DNA from: Acidobacteriaceae bacterium
GTDB lineage: Bacteria > Acidobacteriota > Terriglobia > Terriglobales > Acidobacteriaceae
Assembly (NCBI GenBank): GCA_030041305.1
Contig: JASHOC010000174.1
Location: 789 to 64,788 of the forward strand
Reading direction: 5' to 3'
DNA: 64,000 nt
Within the stretch, counting starts at the first letter, position 1. Every line of letters starts with the position of its first letter. A model generated the notes under the pieces. The model did not search any database, was not told where the DNA came from, and saw nothing but the letters and a program-made list of their open reading frames with translations. Position numbers and translations under genes: made by a program. Below, one piece after another: positions 26,549 to 36,310 of this stretch.

Positions 26549-27424
26549 TCAGCGCCGGAGCGCTTCGAGGGCCAAAGTGAACCCGGCCGCCGCGGCCGTA
26601 GAAAGAAAATTGACTGCGTCATTGTTGAGCCAGCCACTCGGTTCGAGGGTTGCGCCCAGCAGGCTGTCGAACAGCAACCCGAAAACGCCGCCCGCGCAGC
26701 TCGCCGTGAACACGCGCGCATCGCCGCGCAGGGCCAGGGTTCCTGCTCCGGCCACGACGCCAGCCGCCAGCCCTCCGGCCAGCGTTCCGGCGAGGCTTAC
26801 GGCGCCGTCCCGTCCCGGCTCGACCACTTGCAGATTGGTGATCATGCGCGGGCGACCACCGAAAACCTGCCCTATCTCCGAGGAGACCGTGTCTGCGGCA
26901 GCTTCGGCCATGGCCGCAAGCGCGGCGGTAAACAGTGGGAACGCGGCCGTGGCCGTAGGGGCGAACCATCCGCGGTCCACCATCCAGGAATGCGCGAATT
27001 CGCTGGTGGCCAGCGCGGCCAGGCCCAGGTTGGCCGCCACCTGCGCAGCCGACCGGCCCGTCCGGCGCTCCGCCGTGCCGAGGCGCTCTTTTTTCGCGCG
27101 TCCCACCTGCGTGGCGCCATAGGCTAAGAGAAACACGGCCAGCACCGGCGTGAGTGCGGTGCGCCAAGGCTCATACGGAAACACCACCGTCCTGAACATG
27201 AGGCTGGCGGTGATGATCGCGCCGGTAACCGCCGCCGCGGGTGTGGCGGCGCGCAACTCCCAGGTCACCAAGCCGAGCAGCGCGCTCAGTCCCAGGGTCC
27301 AAATGGCGACCGCGCTCTGGTGCTCCGCCCACCATTGGCCTTCGAGCGCCGTGCTCGCGGCCACCATGGGCACGACGGCAAGCAACACCAGTTTCGATTG
27401 CCACGCCAACTCTCGTTGCGTCAC
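26549..27424 (-). CDS. DUF92 (TMEM19-like) integral membrane protein
   Basis: 291 aa and polytopic. 'AADTVSSEIGQVFG' and 'GAVSLAGTLAGGLAAG...FDSLLGATLE' match DUF92 conserved blocks. Confidence 0.65.
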   Translation of the reverse strand: MTQRELAWQSKLVLLAVVPMVAASTALEGQWWAEHQSAVAIWTLGLSALLGLVTWELRAATPAAAVTGAIITASLMFRTVVFPYEPWRTALTPVLAVFLLAYGATQVGRAKKERLGTAERRTGRSAAQVAANLGLAALATSEFAHSWMVDRGWFAPTATAAFPLFTAALAAMAEAAADTVSSEIGQVFGGRPRMITNLQVVEPGRDGAVSLAGTLAGGLAAGVVAGAGTLALRGDARVFTASCAGGVFGLLFDSLLGATLEPSGWLNNDAVNFLSTAAAAGFTLALEALRR

Positions 27425-27552
27425 GCTTCATCCTACCCTGTTGCGTATGGGGTCCCTGCCGGGGGCTTGGGGACGCCTCCCCCGGGGCGGACACAACGGC
27501 TTTGCCGCCGCCTCGCTGATTTACAATCAGCAAGTAACAGGAAAGATCAGGG

Positions 27553-29154
27553 ATGAGGCTTTTTGCAATGAGCTTTGGGCGGGTGCTTCTGCGCTCGCCA
27601 CAGGTGGGCGCCGCCCTAGCGGCCGTGGTCCTGTTGGCCGGTTGCGGCGACAATTATCGGCCGGTGGTGACGCCGGTGAACACGAACGGCCCCCCGGCAC
27701 AGCCCACATCGTACGCCGTGGTGGTCACCTCGACCGGGCCGTCAACGCCCGGCGTCGGGGCGCTGATCGATTACTCCGGGGATTCCATCCTGGCTGAGGC
27801 CCCCCTCGGGGTCGGCGCCGGCCCGATTTCGATGACCATCGATGAAGGCGGTGATACCGGCCATACCATCAACTATGACGGCACGATTACCAATTTCCCT
27901 CTCACCCCCGCCCAGCTTCAACCGCGGGACGAGACTTCAACCACGTTGCCCTCCACGGCGCTGCCGGTAAACACATATGCGCCTTCTTCGGGGATGTGGA
28001 TCAGCGACTTGAACGGCAATGCCGCCGACATTTTAACCGGCAGCCCGGAGACGTTCACGCTCTCGGTTCCCGTGGGCAGTCCAACCATTCCCGCGCCCAC
28101 CCCGACCTTCATCGCCGGCGCGCCCACCACGACCGGACAGCGCAATTACATCGTCAGCGAGGGATTTACTGACCCCACCGGTCTGGCCTGCAACAACTCA
28201 CCCACCACGGCGCCCGTCGACGGAGTCGTGACGCCCATCGAGATTTCCACCCATACCGCCGACGCTCCGATCGTGCTCGATCCATCGAACCCGACCAACT
28301 CTCCTGCGGGCAGCATGAATGCGCGCTGTCCCGTGTTTGCCGTCCAAACCCCTGACCTGCAGCGCCTCTTTGTCCTCAACCGCGGCAGCGACACCATCAC
28401 GGTGATTAACAGCCAGACGAACGCGCTGGACGACCAATGCCCGCCGCCAACAGGTTGCGTGAACCAAAATGGGCAGACGTATTTCACGCATCCCATCCTG
28501 CCGCTTTCAACCGCGGCGGTCGCGGCCACCGGCGTTACGCCGCCCAACGGAACCGCCGGCATGACCGCCGTTGCCGGACCTGTTTTCGCCGAGTACAACC
28601 AGGCCACGCAGCAACTCGTCGTGTCCAACTACGATGGCGGGACGATCAGCCTCATCGATGTCAGCCTCGATCAGTACGGCAATGACAGCCCGACGTTTGG
28701 GACGACGTACACCATCCCCGTGGGCGCCAACCCGGCCAGCGTGACTGTTCTTTATGACGGCACACGCGCTTACACCGCCAACCAAACCGACGGCACGGTG
28801 ACGATTGTGAATCTTTCCAGCCACACCGTGGAGAAGACGCTCACCGTGGTCGGTCATCCGCGCACCGTGGTTTCCACCGAGAATTCGCTGTACGGCAAGA
28901 TCTACGTCGCCTCGCCCGATAGTCCCTTCCTCACCATCGTCGAAAGCGAGACGGATCTGGTGGACACAACGCTGCTGATGGAAGGCAACGTCATGGACGT
29001 GCGTGTAACCACCATCAACGGGACCAGCAATAGCAATGACCTTTACAGCAGCCGTGTGCCCGGGTACGGCCAGCCTTGCAATCTGCCGCCAGCACTGATG
29101 GCTTCCACGTATGGCGCAGGGTATACGCTGGCCGATTGCCAGGCCAATCCGTAG
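27553..29154 (+). CDS. YVTN-type beta-propeller repeat lipoprotein
   Basis: Lipobox 'VVLLAGCGD'. It has repeated '...LFVLNRGSDTITVINSQTN', 'LVVSNYDGGTISLIDVS' and 'AYTANQTDGTVTIVNLSSH' blades. Confidence 0.7.
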   Translation: MRLFAMSFGRVLLRSPQVGAALAAVVLLAGCGDNYRPVVTPVNTNGPPAQPTSYAVVVTSTGPSTPGVGALIDYSGDSILAEAPLGVGAGPISMTIDEGGDTGHTINYDGTITNFPLTPAQLQPRDETSTTLPSTALPVNTYAPSSGMWISDLNGNAADILTGSPETFTLSVPVGSPTIPAPTPTFIAGAPTTTGQRNYIVSEGFTDPTGLACNNSPTTAPVDGVVTPIEISTHTADAPIVLDPSNPTNSPAGSMNARCPVFAVQTPDLQRLFVLNRGSDTITVINSQTNALDDQCPPPTGCVNQNGQTYFTHPILPLSTAAVAATGVTPPNGTAGMTAVAGPVFAEYNQATQQLVVSNYDGGTISLIDVSLDQYGNDSPTFGTTYTIPVGANPASVTVLYDGTRAYTANQTDGTVTIVNLSSHTVEKTLTVVGHPRTVVSTENSLYGKIYVASPDSPFLTIVESETDLVDTTLLMEGNVMDVRVTTINGTSNSNDLYSSRVPGYGQPCNLPPALMASTYGAGYTLADCQANP

Positions 29155-29251
29155 CGCGCTGGGAATTCATCTTGTCGACAGGTCCAAACGGGCCATACCG
29201 GCGGCAGGAATGGCCCTTTGCCCGTTTTGCCGGGAGAAACGCCGGACATCG

Positions 29252-30103
29252 ATGCCCCATGCGGCCAAAACCCGGCGGGCTAAAGCGAGGCTCGACATGC
29301 TCGTGGCGGAACGCGGCCTGGCCGCCAGCCGTGAACGGGCCCAGGCGCTCATCCTCGCCGGCCGCGTGCTGGTGGGCGAGCAGAAGGTGGAAAAACCTGG
29401 AGCTGCCGTGCCGGTCGACGAGCCCATCCGGCTGCTGGGCGAAGACCAGCCCTTCGTGAGCCGCGGTGGCCTCAAGCTCGCCGGCGCTCTGGAGCGCTGG
29501 CCGATCGAGGTGCGGGGCTGCGCCTGCCTGGACGTCGGCGCCTCGACGGGTGGATTCACTGATTGCCTGCTGCAGCACGGGGCCGCCCACGTCACTGCGA
29601 TTGACACGGGTTTTGGACAAATCGCCCTCAAGCTGCGCAACGACCCGCGGGTGCGGCTGCTCGAGCGCACCAATGCGAGGCTGCTCAAACCGGGCTCGCT
29701 GGATAAGACGGGCCCGCTCGATTCCGCGGGACGTGAGCAGAAAGCAAGCCTGCTCGTCATGGACGTTTCGTTCATCTCCGTCACGCTGGTGTTGCCGGCC
29801 GTGCTGGCCGCGGCCACTTCGCTGACGGAGGCCGTGATCCTCGTCAAGCCCCAGTTTGAGGCCGGGCGCGCGCATGTGGGCAAGGGCGGCGTGGTGCGCG
29901 ATCCGGCCGCTCATGAGTTGGCGGTCGCCAAGGTGGCCGCGAGCGTCAGTTCGCTCGGCTGGGAAGTGGTTGAAACCATCCCCTCACCCATCACCGGCGC
30001 CGAAGGCAACCGCGAGTTTTTGCTGTATGCCAAGTGGACGCCGTGCGCGCCTGAAATCGCTCAAATTGACACCCGAAGAGCAGAGCGAGAGCAGCCATTT
30101 TGA
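29252..30103 (+). CDS. tlyA: TlyA-family rRNA (cytidine-2'-O)-methyltransferase
   Basis: S4 domain 'RLDMLVAERGLAASRERAQALILAGRVLV', FtsJ SAM motif 'CLDVGASTGGFTDCLLQHGA', and 'SFISV'. ATG 29252 was chosen over the ORF-track start at 29111. Confidence 0.9.
   Translation: MPHAAKTRRAKARLDMLVAERGLAASRERAQALILAGRVLVGEQKVEKPGAAVPVDEPIRLLGEDQPFVSRGGLKLAGALERWPIEVRGCACLDVGASTGGFTDCLLQHGAAHVTAIDTGFGQIALKLRNDPRVRLLERTNARLLKPGSLDKTGPLDSAGREQKASLLVMDVSFISVTLVLPAVLAAATSLTEAVILVKPQFEAGRAHVGKGGVVRDPAAHELAVAKVAASVSSLGWEVVETIPSPITGAEGNREFLLYAKWTPCAPEIAQIDTRRAEREQPF
29972..30024 (+). repeat. Direct repeat copy A (53 bp; within the 3' end of tlyA)
   Basis: 'gaaaccatcccctcacccatcaccggcgccgaaggcaaccgcgagtttttgct' is identical to 31642-31694 except for one base (52/53). 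Confidence 0.9.
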
Positions 30104-30254
30104 TCTTTGGCTGGCGCCCCGGGAGGGGCAGAATTTGGCATATGTGGAGCGGCCTTTGCGGAGGACAAAAGGCCGTAGTATCGTCGAGCCATCGCGTGAC
30201 GATGGGAATGCATCTAACCGGACCTCGGGCCATACCCTTTCAGGAGGTGCCAGT

Positions 30255-31445
30255 ATGACGTCAAAGATAGGCGTGCTCGCCTGCATGATCGCATTCGCGG
30301 GCGGGGGGACAGCCGCCGGCGCCGCAGCAGCAGCTACTTCCTCGCCGGTAGCGTACATCTACGTGGCCAGCCAATACATGGGAACTTATCATAGCCGCGT
30401 GGTTGGCTTTGCGGCCGACTCCAACGGCCAACTCACCCCGATTCCCGGCTCGCCCTGGGCCGACAACCTTTACTGGATGGCCGTCAACGGAACCTACCTG
30501 TTCGGCTCCGACAACATTCTCAGTGACGACGGGCGTCAAATCTTCTCCTACCGGATCGAGTCCAATGGAGCATTGCAATACCTCGGCGACACCAATATCC
30601 AGCATCATGGACAGGGCAACGACTGCAACCAGGGAGGTTTCCTGGTGGTGGATCATACCGACAGGCATCTATACCAGTTCGTTTCCGACGCGATGTGCGA
30701 AGGCGACGAAACGGGAACTTACGAATCGTGGGGGATCAACGCGGACACGGGCCTGCTGGGGTACCTGGGAACGTCGTCAACCGCCAGCCAGTACATCCAG
30801 CCGCCGATGATGGTGGCCGCCGACAACCTGTACACCTATGCGGTGGGGTGCAACCTCGGCGTCGAGAACATTACGGGATACAAGAAGCAGACCAACGGCA
30901 ACCTGGTCGATCTGCAACTGATCGCTCCCTTCCCCACTGGCCAGCCGCCGGTGCAGGGCGTGCAGCAGTGCCTGTGGTACGCCACCCCGGACCCGACCAA
31001 TCACTTCGCGGTAGCGGTTTCCTGGGGCGTCGGGCCGAGCTATCCGGACCAGATCGCGACCTATGCGATCGACACCACCGACGGCACAGTGAGCACCAAC
31101 AGCACCTACTCGAACATGCCCAGCGTGGATGTGCAGACGATCGATTGGCTGTCCATGTCGCCCTCGGGCAACCTGCTGGCGGTAGCAGGAAGGACGGCAG
31201 CGGGAACGGGCGGGCTGCAGATCTTCAACTTCAACCCCGACGGACAGGCGACGGAGAACACCGGGCTTCTGGTGAATCAGGAGATCGACATGTGCTATTG
31301 GGACAATGACAATCACCTCTACGCTATCAGCACCGAGTCCAACCAACTGTTTGTCTTCACGGTGACGCCCACCAGCGCAGCCCAGGCGCCAGGATCGCCG
31401 TATTCGATTTCCAGCCCGGCGGCATTGGTTGTGCAGCCCGAGTAA
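30255..31445 (+). CDS. Secreted beta-propeller protein, lactonase (7-bladed, 6-phosphogluconolactonase-like) family candidate
   Basis: AGGAGG lies 7 nt upstream of ATG 30255. Signal peptide 'MTSKIGVLACMIAFAGGGTAAGAAAAA'. 'PVAYIYVAS...VVGFAADSNGQLTPIPGSP' and 'LYAISTESNQLFVFTV' resemble Lactonase (PF10282) blades; this assignment was made by eye only. Confidence 0.5.
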   Translation: MTSKIGVLACMIAFAGGGTAAGAAAAATSSPVAYIYVASQYMGTYHSRVVGFAADSNGQLTPIPGSPWADNLYWMAVNGTYLFGSDNILSDDGRQIFSYRIESNGALQYLGDTNIQHHGQGNDCNQGGFLVVDHTDRHLYQFVSDAMCEGDETGTYESWGINADTGLLGYLGTSSTASQYIQPPMMVAADNLYTYAVGCNLGVENITGYKKQTNGNLVDLQLIAPFPTGQPPVQGVQQCLWYATPDPTNHFAVAVSWGVGPSYPDQIATYAIDTTDGTVSTNSTYSNMPSVDVQTIDWLSMSPSGNLLAVAGRTAAGTGGLQIFNFNPDGQATENTGLLVNQEIDMCYWDNDNHLYAISTESNQLFVFTVTPTSAAQAPGSPYSISSPAALVVQPE

Positions 31446-31641
31446 ACAAGGTCTCCGGCGTCCATCCTTCAGCTCTTACTACCCGCGGGCGGCGTCACGG
31501 CGCCGCCCGCACCGGTGTGCTCATCGCCCACGGCGTCAGGTGGAGCGGCGGTCTTACGTCCGGATGGCCGCAGGCCCAGAGAATGCGGCAGGCAAGGAGG
31601 GGCTATGGGTTTGCGAGTCCCGGCGTGATGCTCGACTTCTG

Positions 31642-31694
31642 GAAACCATCCGCTCACCCATCACCGGCGCCGAAGGCAACCGCGAGTTTTTGCT
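31642..31694 (+). repeat. Direct repeat copy B (53 bp)
   Basis: See copy A. It lies 1670 bp downstream, and the two copies bracket the lactonase-like gene. Confidence 0.9.
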
Positions 31695-31791
31695 CTTCGC
31701 GCGGAGCGCGCCGGTCTCTTCATCGCTCCCTGAACCACAACGTTGCAGCCCATTTTTCACCCTGTTCGACCGGAGCGCCTGCGTGCAGTGA
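31642..31791 (+). pseudogene. Orphan duplicate of the tlyA 3' end (encodes ETIRSPITGAEGNREFLL...)
   Basis: It is in frame and encodes 'ETIRSPITGAEGNREFLLFARSAPVSS...*', compared with the intact gene 'ETIPSPITGAEGNREFLLYAKWTPC...*'. No tlyA-like sequence lies upstream of it. Confidence 0.7.
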
Positions 31792-32343
31792 TCTGTCATC
31801 TCGGAGGGCGCTTCCGCTCCTGCAGTTGTCAAACGTCAGTACGGCGCCTTGGCGCGGACGAACCTCCAGGCCCAAACGTGGAAACACTGTAGCGCCCCCC
31901 GAAAAACCGTCATTTAAATAAAGCAATGCAGTGTGGGTGCGCTGTCCTCGGACTGCCGTGCATCTGCGGCCGCGCTCCGAGTCCAGATCGTAGCTGTCAA
32001 AGTGGGGGCGGTATTGGCCATCCTGCGAGTAACGGATTACCTGCAACCGTTCTGCATGATGACTGGGAAGGCCGGCGATTGCGGCCATGATATCGACGAT
32101 GGTTCGCACGGCCGGATTTTCGCCATGCGAGAGCCAAGTGACCTGACAGGTTCGTGCGCTCCCAACAACACCTCCATGGCTCCCGCTGAGGAGACCGTCT
32201 TGCAGTCGCGGCTCCGCCAAACCGATGAGAGATTCGGCCAATTCTGTGCTCACGGCGTCAATCGCTAAAGCAATTCGTGGCGCATCGCACAGCACACTTG
32301 TTGACCATTGCGCGCTGGGGGCCTGTTCTACCTGTAGTTCCAT
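31720..32343 (-). CDS. Prolyl 4-hydroxylase-type 2-oxoglutarate/Fe(II) oxygenase
   Basis: 207 aa. HxD in 'QYRPHFDSYD', the distal His in 'RSLHAGAPV', the 2OG-binding Lys in 'GEKWAATLWFRE', and 'TALLYLNDGFSGGATVFP' typical of P4Hc. The start overlaps the JmjC gene end by 16 nt. Confidence 0.8.
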   Translation of the reverse strand: MELQVEQAPSAQWSTSVLCDAPRIALAIDAVSTELAESLIGLAEPRLQDGLLSGSHGGVVGSARTCQVTWLSHGENPAVRTIVDIMAAIAGLPSHHAERLQVIRYSQDGQYRPHFDSYDLDSERGRRCTAVRGQRTHTALLYLNDGFSGGATVFPRLGLEVRPRQGAVLTFDNCRSGSALRDDRSLHAGAPVEQGEKWAATLWFRER

Positions 32344-33185
32344 GCGATCCTCCCCGTTCGAAAGATGAAGTTTTTAAAGGTTAGGCTGATGCTGGGATCG
32401 AGCGCACGCACCCAGTGCCACCAGGCGACCGGAATCAGGAGAAAATCACCGGGTCCGATTACAGCTTCGCGAATAACCACGTTGCGCATTTCCGGGAATC
32501 GGTTCAGGTCGGCGCCCTGGTCCAGAATCACATCGCTGTAGCAGGTATCGGGATCGTTGTACAACGATGGCAAATGAAATGGGGAAATGAATTTCACCTG
32601 CTTGCGCCCGCTTATTTGGCCAAAGAAGACGCTGCCGCGGTCATGGTGCAGGGGAGTTACGGTTCCGCGCGGCCCTATCCACAGTTTGACGTTGGGGTGG
32701 TTCATCGTCTCAGGATCGAGAAAGCCGTTCGGGTTCGAAATGTCCTCCAGCATCCGGCGGAATTCGGGACGCTCCAGGAAAACGTTGCGCCCCACGAGAT
32801 AAACATCGTTTGTCTCTTGCGGACTCTCCAGTATGGAGAGGAAGGCGCCGAAGTTCATGGTTGAGCAGTTGCGCCTGAAGTGCTGTTCGTACTTCGGATC
32901 GAGAGTCCGGTTTGCATGCACTTCGAACTCATAATCGCCGAATTGCGCACGCAGCCACGGGAGGGTCCACTTGGTCAATGCCGGCCAATCCGTCATCAGT
33001 CCTTCCACGATCACGGGACGATTGGGATAAAAATAATCCTCATAGAATTCCGCTGGACCGAGGCGCTTACGGGGGATCTGGCTCGAGGGGCGCGATTGCC
33101 GGTCGAGCTCAGCATAAAGCTCAACGAGAGTCGCGAGTTTCCTCTGGTAAGAGAGCTCCGTACTTTGCGAGGTTGAATCGGACAT
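32328..33185 (-). CDS. JmjC/cupin-8 2-oxoglutarate oxygenase, FIH (asparaginyl hydroxylase)-like
   Basis: 285 aa. 'GTVTPLHHDRGSVFFGQISGRKQVKFISP' and 'RFPEMRNVVIREAVIGPGDFLLIPVAWWHWVRAL' parallel human FIH-1 '[27 protein letters not shown]' and '[34 protein letters not shown]' (FIH sequence recalled from memory). The HxD...H triad is present. Confidence 0.8.
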   Translation of the reverse strand: MSDSTSQSTELSYQRKLATLVELYAELDRQSRPSSQIPRKRLGPAEFYEDYFYPNRPVIVEGLMTDWPALTKWTLPWLRAQFGDYEFEVHANRTLDPKYEQHFRRNCSTMNFGAFLSILESPQETNDVYLVGRNVFLERPEFRRMLEDISNPNGFLDPETMNHPNVKLWIGPRGTVTPLHHDRGSVFFGQISGRKQVKFISPFHLPSLYNDPDTCYSDVILDQGADLNRFPEMRNVVIREAVIGPGDFLLIPVAWWHWVRALDPSISLTFKNFIFRTGRIAWNYR

Positions 33186-33338
33186 GATGTATCTCTACTC
33201 GCGGCCGCGGAATCATGCGTCCAATTGGAAATGACCCAGGGAGCCCGAGGCTGGTTACAGCGGGCAAACCGCGGCGCTTGGTTCGCATAGCCAAAAGGCC
33301 AGGAATATCTCTTCCTTGACTCTCGGCCTCATGGACAA

Positions 33339-34412
<1,074 letters not shown>

Positions 34413-34863
34413 GCTCTTTTCTCCCGTCTGCGTTGCGCGATCGAGCGGGCGCGGCCCTGCTTTGGATGGTTAATCGGACGCGGGCGGGGACTTCCAGCCA
34501 GCCGGGATTTCTAATCGGCGTCGGCTTTTCCCGATCCCTTACCTCGGCATCCGTGATCCGTCTCTGTCTATGAGGGTCCGGCGAATTTTCCTGGCCAACC
34601 TCGATGATGCTTATCAGGGGATTGGCTGCGGTCTACTGGCATGCGGAGACAGATCCGCTCTGTCTGCCCCGCACGTTCCATTTCGCGCAGAGCTTCCTCT
34701 TGAGCCGGAATCTTGTTTTGTGGCGCTTGTTTTTTTGGCCCAATGATGGAGGCCATTGTACCCCCATCCAAGTGCTCCCAGTAATGTGGATATTTTCTTT
34801 TCTTAGCATTTTGTTGGAGGAGCGCTCCTGGCTGCGCAGACCTATCCGTTACACTGGGACCGC

Positions 34864-35721
34864 ATGACTCGCGTCGCCATCGCCTGCAAGCCGCACAAGG
34901 AAGAGGTTGGCCGAATTTTGCCGGAACTGGTGGCCTGGCTGCGCGCCCGTGACTATGAGCTGCTGGTGGACCGCGAAGGCGCCGAGTATGCGTCGGGCGC
35001 GCCGGTGGTGGAGCGCGCGGAGATGCCCTTTTGGTCGCCCGCGTTGGTCATCGTTCTGGGCGGCGACGGCACATTGCTGGCGGTGGCGAGGGTCTTCGCC
35101 ACGGTGGGTACGCCGATCCTGGGCGTGAATCTGGGCTTCCTCGGCTTTTTGACCGAGATTCGTCTCACCGACCTGTATTCCACGCTGGAGGGCTGGTGCT
35201 CCGGCTGCTTTCGCGTCGACGAGCGCGCCATGCTCCACGCCTCGCTGTGGCGCGACGGCGCCGAGCACTCCAGCCACGAGGCCCTTAACGAAGTAGTGGT
35301 GTCGAAGGGCGACATTGCCCGCATGGGCGAGTTCGCCGTGGTGCTGGACGGCAAGAGCGTAGCCCGTTTTCGCGCCGACGGCGTCATCGTTTCCACGCCT
35401 ACCGGATCGACGGCGTACACCCTGGCCGCCAACGGCCCGATCGTCACTCCGGACGTGGACGCTATGGTGGTGACGCCGATCTGTCCGCATCTACTGACCC
35501 TGCGGCCCATTGTGGTGCGCGGCGACGCTTCGCTGGCGGTGCGCGTGGAAGGCATTCCCAATCTGGCCCTGCTCACTGTGGATGGACAGCAGGCAGTCGA
35601 ACTGCAAAAAGACGACGAACTGCGCTGTCACCGTTCCAGCTACACGGTGAAACTGGTCCGCCTGGGCGACAGCGGTTTCTTCGAGGCGCTGCGAAGCAAG
35701 CTGAGCTGGGGAGAACTGTAA
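34864..35721 (+). CDS. nadK: NAD+ kinase
   Basis: 'VIVLGGDGTLLAVAR' (the GGDG motif), 'NEVVVSKG' and 'DGVIVSTPTGSTAYTLAANGPIV'. Confidence 0.9.
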   Translation: MTRVAIACKPHKEEVGRILPELVAWLRARDYELLVDREGAEYASGAPVVERAEMPFWSPALVIVLGGDGTLLAVARVFATVGTPILGVNLGFLGFLTEIRLTDLYSTLEGWCSGCFRVDERAMLHASLWRDGAEHSSHEALNEVVVSKGDIARMGEFAVVLDGKSVARFRADGVIVSTPTGSTAYTLAANGPIVTPDVDAMVVTPICPHLLTLRPIVVRGDASLAVRVEGIPNLALLTVDGQQAVELQKDDELRCHRSSYTVKLVRLGDSGFFEALRSKLSWGEL

Positions 35722-35767
35722 GACAGGGAACCACGCTCGATCTCGCAGCGCGGGAAGCATGCGGGCG

Positions 35768-36310
35768 CTACTGAACCAATTCCGCCAGCAGCACCTTGGC
35801 TTTGGCGGCCAGCGTGTGCGCGCCGTCGATGTCGCCGGAGGCCAGCGCCTCCCGGGCTTGCTTGAGGAAATCGCGAACGTGATCCGCAGTTTTCTTGTCG
35901 GAGTCGCTGAGCTGCCGATTGAGACTATTCAACCCCTTTTCGGTGGATGCGATCAATTCCTCTGTTTCGACACGAAAATCGGGTGGATCGTCGGTGGAAA
36001 GCTGGCCGACGGCGCTGACTTCAGGAGTCTCCACGGACGCCACCTCAGGGTTCTTGTCCGGCGGCGGCTTGTGGCGCCGGACGTGGGGCGGCTTCGGGGG
36101 CAGCTTCTCGGCGACAATCTGAGCGTTTTCGGTGGGCTGGGTAGGGATGCTCGTGGCCGACTTCGGCAAATCGACAGGCGCGGTGTTGGGCGGCGGCAGA
36201 TTGGTCACCGGAGGCGCCACGGCGGGAGTCTGCACTTGATGCGTCCTGTGAAAACAGGCCGTCAGCAGCAGCGGCAAAAGCCACGCCAGGCGCCATGCGG
36301 GCTTTCTCAT
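35768..36310 (-). CDS. Pro-rich lipoprotein (180 aa), hypothetical
   Basis: Lipobox 'LLPLLLTAC', a Pro-rich middle and a helical C-terminus. The start overlaps the upstream histidine-kinase stop by 4 nt. Confidence 0.55.
   Translation of the reverse strand: MRKPAWRLAWLLPLLLTACFHRTHQVQTPAVAPPVTNLPPPNTAPVDLPKSATSIPTQPTENAQIVAEKLPPKPPHVRRHKPPPDKNPEVASVETPEVSAVGQLSTDDPPDFRVETEELIASTEKGLNSLNRQLSDSDKKTADHVRDFLKQAREALASGDIDGAHTLAAKAKVLLAELVQ

Noticed and set aside
34568-34771. 67-aa minus-strand ORF (and the overlapping 87-aa plus-strand ORF 34604-34867) in the A/T-richer spacer upstream of the propeller gene
   Set aside because: No RBS, motif or codon bias was visible. The two ORFs overlap each other, and the region is more likely the promoter region for nadK and the propeller operon.
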